A DNA stretch of 64,000 bases, taken from the NCBI GenBank assembly GCA_010093815.1, contig ML996582.1. One strand, written 5' to 3'. Below are positions 61,517-64,000 of this stretch, piece after piece. The position numbers and the translations under genes were made by a program. Every line of letters begins with the position of its first letter. Positions within the stretch are counted from its first letter, which is position 1. The notes beneath the pieces were generated by a model, which saw only the letters and a program-made list of their open reading frames with translations, did not search any database and was not told where the DNA came from. This stretch comes from Pseudovirgaria hyperparasitica. Its lineage: Eukaryota.

Positions 61517-63352
61517 TCATGACGAGCCTTCAATGACCTTCTGGGACTCCTTGTGACCGGAAAGTCGTCGTTCATCGCGCATTCGAACCTTGTGATTGTC
61601 GCGAATCTTGTCGACGTATTCATAGATTTCATTCAGGCCCTCGATCTGTTCTGCGGCGCTCAACGAACTGCTGGCATTGCCTCTGACAAGCGGACTGAAT
61701 AGACGTCGTCGCAAGCCCTCCAGATTCGCCTTCAGCGTAAGGAGGCGTCCGTGGTGGCTGACGAGCATGTGCTTGTCCCTGACTGTGCGATCTTTGATGC
61801 TCGATAGCAGCTTTCTGTTCTTCTCGAACTTGGCAATCGCCGAGTTGCTTCCGAGCAGGCGATGCCACATACTGCCCAGGATGTCGCCTTCCTCGCGCTC
61901 TTGCTGGTCCTTCTCACGAATCACCGTACGCTGCAGGTTCATAAATTGCCCGTCGACATCGTTAAAGAGCCGGATGATGTTGTTGCAATGAGTAAGCTCG
62001 TCATTGATACTTCTCTCCATCGTATTCAGGAACTCGTTGAAGGTTCGGTGCAAGCTGACCATGGTCCTTTGGTGCGTCGTTTGCCCAAAGAGCTCAGTCA
62101 CAACTTCGCCAATCTTGGTCGATTGTCCACCCCTCTCTAGAAGCTTGATACGGCTAAAGATGCCGTGGACACTATCAAAGATGGTAGTCGGCCGTGTCAA
62201 CGCCTTTGCGAGCTCCCGCTTCGCCCAGTCCATGGTCGAGAGTATGCTGTATAAGGTCAGTCACGTGTTATTTCAAGGAAAAAAGACATCTACGTACCTG
62301 TCCACGTCACTAGTGACCTGTCCCAAGAACACATTCAGATTCTGCGATAGCTCCATCAGAGTGCCGCTGAGATCGTCCAGCTCGCGGAAGATGATCGGAC
62401 CTGATGTCATGTTACTTTGCCGGATGGTTTCTCCCAGGTCCCAAACGGCGATGCTAGTCTCCTGCAGGGTATCGACCTGTCTGAATCCATCCTCAGTGTA
62501 GTAGAGTAAAGGCTCATACGATTTGCTTAGTTGCGCAACCATCACAAGATCGGGCGAGGCTGGTTGCTCGGCTGTGGCGAGCAGAAGCTTGAAAGCGATG
62601 TAACCTAGCAGTATAACAAGTATCGTGGACGCCTTGGACAGCTTGGCTTCGGTAACCGCATCGTATCTTGACTTGAGCCACAACAGGCTATTTTCGATAT
62701 GCTCGATCGAAGAATGTATTTCCCCGCGCATCGTGAACCGGATAACTAGCGACTGTCAGTATGAAGGTCATCATGGCATAGACGCCCACTCACATGAATA
62801 CCCTGCGGACGTATGCTGGACGGCTGGAATTTCCTCCTCCTTTTTATCATCATCGTCGTCACCATCATCGTTCCCGTCCTCTGCCCCTTCATGCTCCTCC
62901 TCTACGACGCTCAGCTCTCCCACGTTCGGAATGTCATCACGGTCCGGACTGGAGCGAGGAGTCTGGTCTCGAGAAAGCGGTAGTAATATTTGTGTTGGGT
63001 GTAGCGATCTCCTTGAAGGTGACATGGAACGCGACATTGTGGGAGACTCGCTACGACGGACCAGCCCGGCATTGCGATTATACCAGTGTCGAGCTAGAGG
63101 GCCCCAGGTGCTTTCCAACGATGCGCCTCCAATAGACTCGCTGACCGCAGAGTCGCTAGCGACCGAGTACGCATCAGGATCTGTTTCCGAAGGCTCGAAC
63201 GGATAGCCCGAGTACGACAAATGCTCTCCATAGGGAGATTGATGGCGCGTTGGTGTGAAGTCGGAGAGAGGACTGTTCAGGTCTGGGAATGTTGTGCGCT
63301 CGTCATATTGGCTCGCGATGTCGCTGTCGTACATGTCTCGAGATTCGCTCAT
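61517..63352 (-). CDS. Uncharacterised protein, ~578 aa: acidic disordered N-terminus, one TM helix, long coiled-coil region
   Basis: Three exons (introns 62793-62746, 62297-62247) join in frame. TM-like segment TILVILLGYIAFKLLLA. Confidence 0.8.
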
Positions 63353-64000
63353 TGTGACTTGTGTGGATGTATGTGTGCGTGTGGGAGGGAAGGAGGGCCA
63401 CAGGCGGAGTGGAGGACCAGAGGTAGATCGAGGAGGACAAGAAAGACCGGAGATTATGGAATATATCTGCAAGATGCGCAGCCAGTCGAGTCGGTCAAGC
63501 AGAGTGTGAATGTCGAGTGTCCAAGTGGATATGTCGAACGCGTTGGCGCGGACAGGTGGGCGCGTCCTTTCCTATGTGTTCTATCACGGCTGCCTGGTGG
63601 GTGGGAATTGAGTCGTTAGTGTTGTAGTAGACAATGAAGCGCGCCATAACATAACGAAGAAGAGAGAGTAGTAGACTCAACTCCTCCATCGAAGAGTGCT
63701 GGAAGTCCGCCAGGCCAGGCCAGCGGACAACTGCAGGGGTGCTGAATCCGAAACGCATTTTATATCTTGCAGAAGTCGATTGGATGGGGATGTTTAGGAA
63801 ATGGAGGGGCTGGAAGGAGGCTGGTTGGTCGTAAGTGGAGAGTAGTGTGGCGGCGTGCAGATGCCTTAAGCTGTTCGTGGCATGGCCGGAGGGGTAGACC
63901 GTTGGCGCCTTGCTGGCCTTGCTGCCTGAATCAACCCGTTCCCCGCTTTCTCAGTCTTCTGGCGTCGAGTATTACCTGCCGTTGCTTGCTGAAAAATAGT

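Noticed and set aside
1..64000. tRNA, 5S rRNA, snRNA or TPP riboswitch
   Set aside because: No matching signatures seen by eye. tRNAscan-SE and an Infernal/Rfam search would be needed to exclude them.

Overview
Eukaryotic genomic DNA from a filamentous ascomycete (Pezizomycotina-type: 45-65 nt GT..AG introns with CTRAC/CTAAT branch points, a Zn2Cys6 transcription factor). I could reconstruct about 20 spliced gene models by hand. The conserved backbone is: a Zn2Cys6 TF, DUF1688/URC4-like, Swa2/auxilin-like, PQ-loop transporter, HAT2/RBBP4, XRN1, TIM22, NAAA/acid-ceramidase-like (with an in-frame stop), CFD1, CysRS, TRM61, QTRT2-like, VCX1 and an unknown membrane/coiled-coil protein. Three non-housekeeping zones interrupt it. 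(1) A ~10 kb microsatellite-rich stretch upstream of the TF with no recognisable gene. (2) A three-gene co-oriented island at 13.5-17.9 kb: an APH-like kinase, a protein with a CheD/CNF1-like Cys-His deamidase motif and a TSPxY repeat tail, and an ankyrin protein, with AT/TpA-rich patches and a mimp-like MITE relic. (3) A block at 38.6-50.9 kb with a tandem pair of diverged dynamin-like (SLIP-GC-type) GTPases between two orphan ORFs. Zones 2 and 3 are the best candidates for an undescribed system. No tRNA, rRNA, CRISPR array or intact transposase was recognised. All family assignments come from motif recognition by eye, not database searches.
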